From an uncultured delta proteobacterium (lineage in GTDB: Bacteria > Desulfobacterota > Binatia > UBA9968), in contig CAVUZH010000019.1 of the NCBI GenBank assembly GCA_963745835.1, forward strand, positions 256,001-320,000: DNA of 64,000 bases, read 5' to 3'. Both the position numbers and the translations under genes were made by a program. The stretch's first letter is position 1, and each line of letters begins with the position of its first letter. The notes beneath the pieces were generated by a model that saw only the letters and a list, made by a program, of their open reading frames with translations, made no database searches and was not told where the DNA came from. This document shows positions 60,943-64,000 of the stretch, one piece after another.

Positions 60943-61911
60943 TTAACTGTAAAGAGCTGCTACCCACTCGGCGTAACCATTAAATGGTAGGGTGAGTCGC
61001 CGTTCCCCGCTATCGATTAGTTTCTCGGACTCTTGTGACCAGCGCGGGTGGGGTGTCGCGGGATCGACGTTTGCTCCAAAGCCATACTCGTGCGGCCGAT
61101 TGCTGTTCCAAAAGGTGCGCGGCTGCTCTGCAGTGAATTCAATTTTGACAATCGACTTGATGCTTTTGAAACCATACTTCCAAGGCACTACCAGCCGCAG
61201 TGGTGCGCCGTGCTGCTTTGGCAGCGAGTGTCCGTAGATCCCGCACGCGAGCATTGTCAGTTCGTTCGCAGCTTCCGACATCGTCAATGCTTCGGTATAC
61301 GGCCAAGGGCCGTAAGATGGACTTTGATTCGGCGCCTCGGCGGGTGCCCAGAAACTAACCAGTCGAATATACCGGGCTGATGACAAAGGCGCGACGAGTT
61401 TCAAGAAAGCGCGCATGGGAACCCCCGTCCACGGCACGGCCATCGCCCAGGATTCCACACAGCGGAAGCGGTAACGTCTTTCTTCCAGAGGCAGGGCTCG
61501 GAGTAATTCATCGATATCAAATGCCCGCGGCCTTTCGACTAATCCAGCGACTTCAAGCCGCCAAGGCGAAGTTTTTAATCGCGCGGCTTTCTTGTAGATG
61601 CTTCCTTTGAAAACACTAAACTCATAAAAGTTGTTATACGATGCGGCATAGACTTCGTCGGTGATGGGTCTGTCGAGAATGAAATTAGGATTCCTCCGAG
61701 CCGGATACAGATCCGCAACGGGCGGATTTTCTTGCGCTCCGATCTTTGCCGCGTCCTCATTAGGGCCGCAGCCGAATGGGAGCCCGGCGACGAGCCCTAA
61801 ACCCGATAAACCGAATGTCTTCATAAAGTTGCGGCGAGCGCAGAAGATCGACTCCGGAGTGATACTCCGCTCGGGCATTTCCCATTTAGGTGGAACGATT
61901 ATCGCCGCCAT
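60943..61911 (-). CDS. msrP: Protein-methionine-sulfoxide reductase catalytic subunit (molybdoenzyme)
   Basis: Tat RRNF, YNNFYEF, RCVESW, VPWKYGFKSIK, HPRWSQ. Confidence 0.95.
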   Translation of the reverse strand: MAAIIVPPKWEMPERSITPESIFCARRNFMKTFGLSGLGLVAGLPFGCGPNEDAAKIGAQENPPVADLYPARRNPNFILDRPITDEVYAASYNNFYEFSVFKGSIYKKAARLKTSPWRLEVAGLVERPRAFDIDELLRALPLEERRYRFRCVESWAMAVPWTGVPMRAFLKLVAPLSSARYIRLVSFWAPAEAPNQSPSYGPWPYTEALTMSEAANELTMLACGIYGHSLPKQHGAPLRLVVPWKYGFKSIKSIVKIEFTAEQPRTFWNSNRPHEYGFGANVDPATPHPRWSQESEKLIDSGERRLTLPFNGYAEWVAALYS

Positions 61912-62028
61912 AAAAGGTGAGTGATCCTCATCTTATGGGGGACGCGCGAAATCTACAATAGTTTGGCGCGAGACAGGATCTCGTAAAAAGGCAAGGCGAT
62001 CTTGGTTAGACTGGAATTGACAAGCTCA

Positions 62029-62973
62029 CTAGGACTTACTCTTTGCTGAATCGGCTGGGGCAATAAATTCCTTTCGCAGAAAACCTCTCGGCCCTCCATC
62101 ATAACGGACTTCATACCAGTCGCCGCTTTGTCCCAGCAAAATAACCTTCGTACCGGTAGTAAAGCGGGCAACTGCGGCAGCCGAATAGTTGGGCTCCTCA
62201 CGAATTACAGTCGTATACTTCATCTGATAAAGCGCGCCTTCGGCAGGGGATTGCGCTTTCGGCAGCTGTCCTGGCTGAGGTCCGACGGCAATTTCTTTGG
62301 ACGAAGTTTGCCGGACACTGGGGGTCCTTATCGCCGTGATCTGTGGGGCCTGCTCTATATCTAACTTCAGTTTGGCAAGCGCCGGTTTGTCGCCCGCTTG
62401 TGATAAATTTTTTTCCCACTGGATCAACGTTGTTATATCCATCCCTTCCCGCACGAATAGCAGCGGACAGGTAATGGTGGACTCTTGGGAAAGAACCTGA
62501 TCAAAACTCCAGGTGGAAGCGGCAGCGATGACGGCTTTGCGAAAGTCGTTATCGCTAATGCGCGACGCGATCTCGCGCACCTTCGTTACTTCGCCTGAAG
62601 AGTTGATGCTCAACTGCAGAACAACTCCGCCCATGAGCGCCGAATTTTTCGAGATCTCCTGTCGATAGAGATCACGCAGAGTTTGTAATTGGCTCTCGAT
62701 TCTACCCGCAATCTTGGCTTCATCGATGAGCGCGTCCTTGCCGGCTTGAACATCGAATCCCATATCGCGAGCGAGAATGACGAGATCTCCCAGCGCGATG
62801 TTCCAGGTTGGAAGTTTTCTCGAGCTCTCTTCTTTGACAGCACTCGTCACTCGCTCCTTTGAACTCGAACCGACTCCAAGGCCGACTATGATGAGCCCGA
62901 ACCCAAATGCACAACCCGCCAGGGCAATGACAGTCCGGGAATTTCTCAGACCATTGATCTGTTCGCGTTTCAT
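62029..62973 (-). CDS. Membrane protein with AgmX/PglI-C (TonB-C-like) and SH3 domains
   Basis: TM helix; LRDLY...GGVVLQLSINSSGEV...WSF; C-terminal GDWYEVRY..GFL. Confidence 0.75.
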   Translation of the reverse strand: MKREQINGLRNSRTVIALAGCAFGFGLIIVGLGVGSSSKERVTSAVKEESSRKLPTWNIALGDLVILARDMGFDVQAGKDALIDEAKIAGRIESQLQTLRDLYRQEISKNSALMGGVVLQLSINSSGEVTKVREIASRISDNDFRKAVIAAASTWSFDQVLSQESTITCPLLFVREGMDITTLIQWEKNLSQAGDKPALAKLKLDIEQAPQITAIRTPSVRQTSSKEIAVGPQPGQLPKAQSPAEGALYQMKYTTVIREEPNYSAAAVARFTTGTKVILLGQSGDWYEVRYDGGPRGFLRKEFIAPADSAKSKS

Positions 62974-63024
62974 AATCTCGATTGCATCCTTTTAGCAGCA
63001 GCTGTGAAGCGCATCCGCTCTGGA

Positions 63025-63039
63025 GCAAGTCTCATACCG
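63025..63039 (-). promoter_or_regulatory. Candidate sigma54 promoter
   Basis: CGGTATGAGACTTGC (GG-N8-TTGC), 52 nt upstream of 62973. Confidence 0.4.
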
Positions 63040-63364
63040 TGCGCATGCAAACCTAAATCTCAATCAGGCAAAATGAGAATTGGCGGCAGAGGCATGGGGA
63101 GCTTACAGGACAATCAGGACAATCTGCAGCGAAATTCTGTCACAGCAAACCGCCGGTGATATTCAGCGTGACGCTTTGAGGTCAGATCTAGCCAAAGCAG
63201 GAGGTTTGACGTTCGGACATTTTCTGCTGTCTTCACGGCAAGGTCGAACATTTGTGCTTCGTCGCCACCGAAATAGTCGCTTCCGATAGTGTGGTTGAAT
63301 TCTCAGGTTCCAGCACGTAGGCTCAAGTACCTCACACCTCTACAGTCTGGAGGACAGGAAGCTA

Positions 63365-63889
63365 ATGATGCAAGCACGCGCCCTTTTTTATTTGGCAACC
63401 ATGGCGGCACTTCTTTTGAGCACTCGCCTCATTGGCGAAACTGCAGAAACGGAAGCGCAAATTCGGGAAGGCTCGCAGGTCGCCCTGGAATACACATTGT
63501 CCGATGAAGCCGGCACGGTCATCGAATCAAACAAAGGTAAACAGCCGATGAGCTACATCCACGGTAAGAGCCAAATCATCCCAGGTTTGGAGAAGGAACT
63601 TTCAGGAATGAAGGTTGGCGAAGAGAAAAAGATTCAAGTCAAACCTGAGGATGGCTACGGACCGGTCAATCCCGATGCCTTTCAGGAAGTTCCAAAAGAC
63701 AAACTCCCACCCGAGGCGCTGAAGGTCGGCACGACGCTGATGGCTCAAGGTCCCCGAGGCCAAGGAATCCCGGTGCGTGTTCATGAAATCAAAGATACGA
63801 CGGTAATTATGGATTTTAATCATCCAATGGCTGGCAAGACTCTGTCCTTCGATGTCAAAATCTCCGAGATTAAGACGCCCGAGAAATAG
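63365..63889 (+). CDS. slyD: FKBP-type peptidyl-prolyl isomerase, SlyD-like
   Basis: VALEYTL, IIPGLEKEL, PEDGYG, DFNHPMAGKTL. Confidence 0.88.
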   Translation: MMQARALFYLATMAALLLSTRLIGETAETEAQIREGSQVALEYTLSDEAGTVIESNKGKQPMSYIHGKSQIIPGLEKELSGMKVGEEKKIQVKPEDGYGPVNPDAFQEVPKDKLPPEALKVGTTLMAQGPRGQGIPVRVHEIKDTTVIMDFNHPMAGKTLSFDVKISEIKTPEK

Positions 63890-64000
63890 CTCCAGCTGGT
63901 GAACCGAAGAGTGGCATGGCGCGCGCTATTGAGCTTTGACGGATAGATTGAGGAAATAGCTCCTCATTACTCGCGACAAATGGGCCTCGTGGTGCACTGA

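Overview
Bacterial chromosomal window with about 55 recognisable genes. No rRNA, tRNA, CRISPR array or intact integrase/transposase was seen. The gene content (orphan NMT1/TauA-type binding proteins, amidohydrolases, VOC proteins, LLM oxidoreductase, GTTCAA-type intergenic repeats) suggests a soil Candidatus Binatia-like deltaproteobacterium; this is an inference. Main blocks: (i) 0-7 kb catabolic genes, higBA and a palindromic MITE-like element; (ii) 7.2-11.8 kb, an apparently foreign and heavily frameshifted three-gene module (alphaCTD/sigma4-domain protein, wHTH-like protein, MORC-type GHKL ATPase), a candidate defence system; (iii) 14-24.4 kb, a sigma-factor-less partner-switching cluster. 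It has three STAS proteins, a GAF-PP2C, a membrane sensor-HAMP-PP2C-RsbW, an MBL hydrolase with a degenerate HATPase tail, a TIR-TM protein, and an NCS2 transporter fused to a degenerate RsbW-like domain with altered ligand residues. This cluster is the best candidate for an undescribed system; (iv) 26-35 kb oxidative-stress genes; (v) 35.7-41.7 kb DUF58/BatA/DUF4159/vWA operon without MoxR; (vi) 47-55 kb unknown catabolic cluster; (vii) msrP, slyD and others. Several frameshifts sit in homopolymer runs and may be sequencing errors. Many short gene remnants and duplications are present. All family calls come from motif recognition by eye, not database searches.
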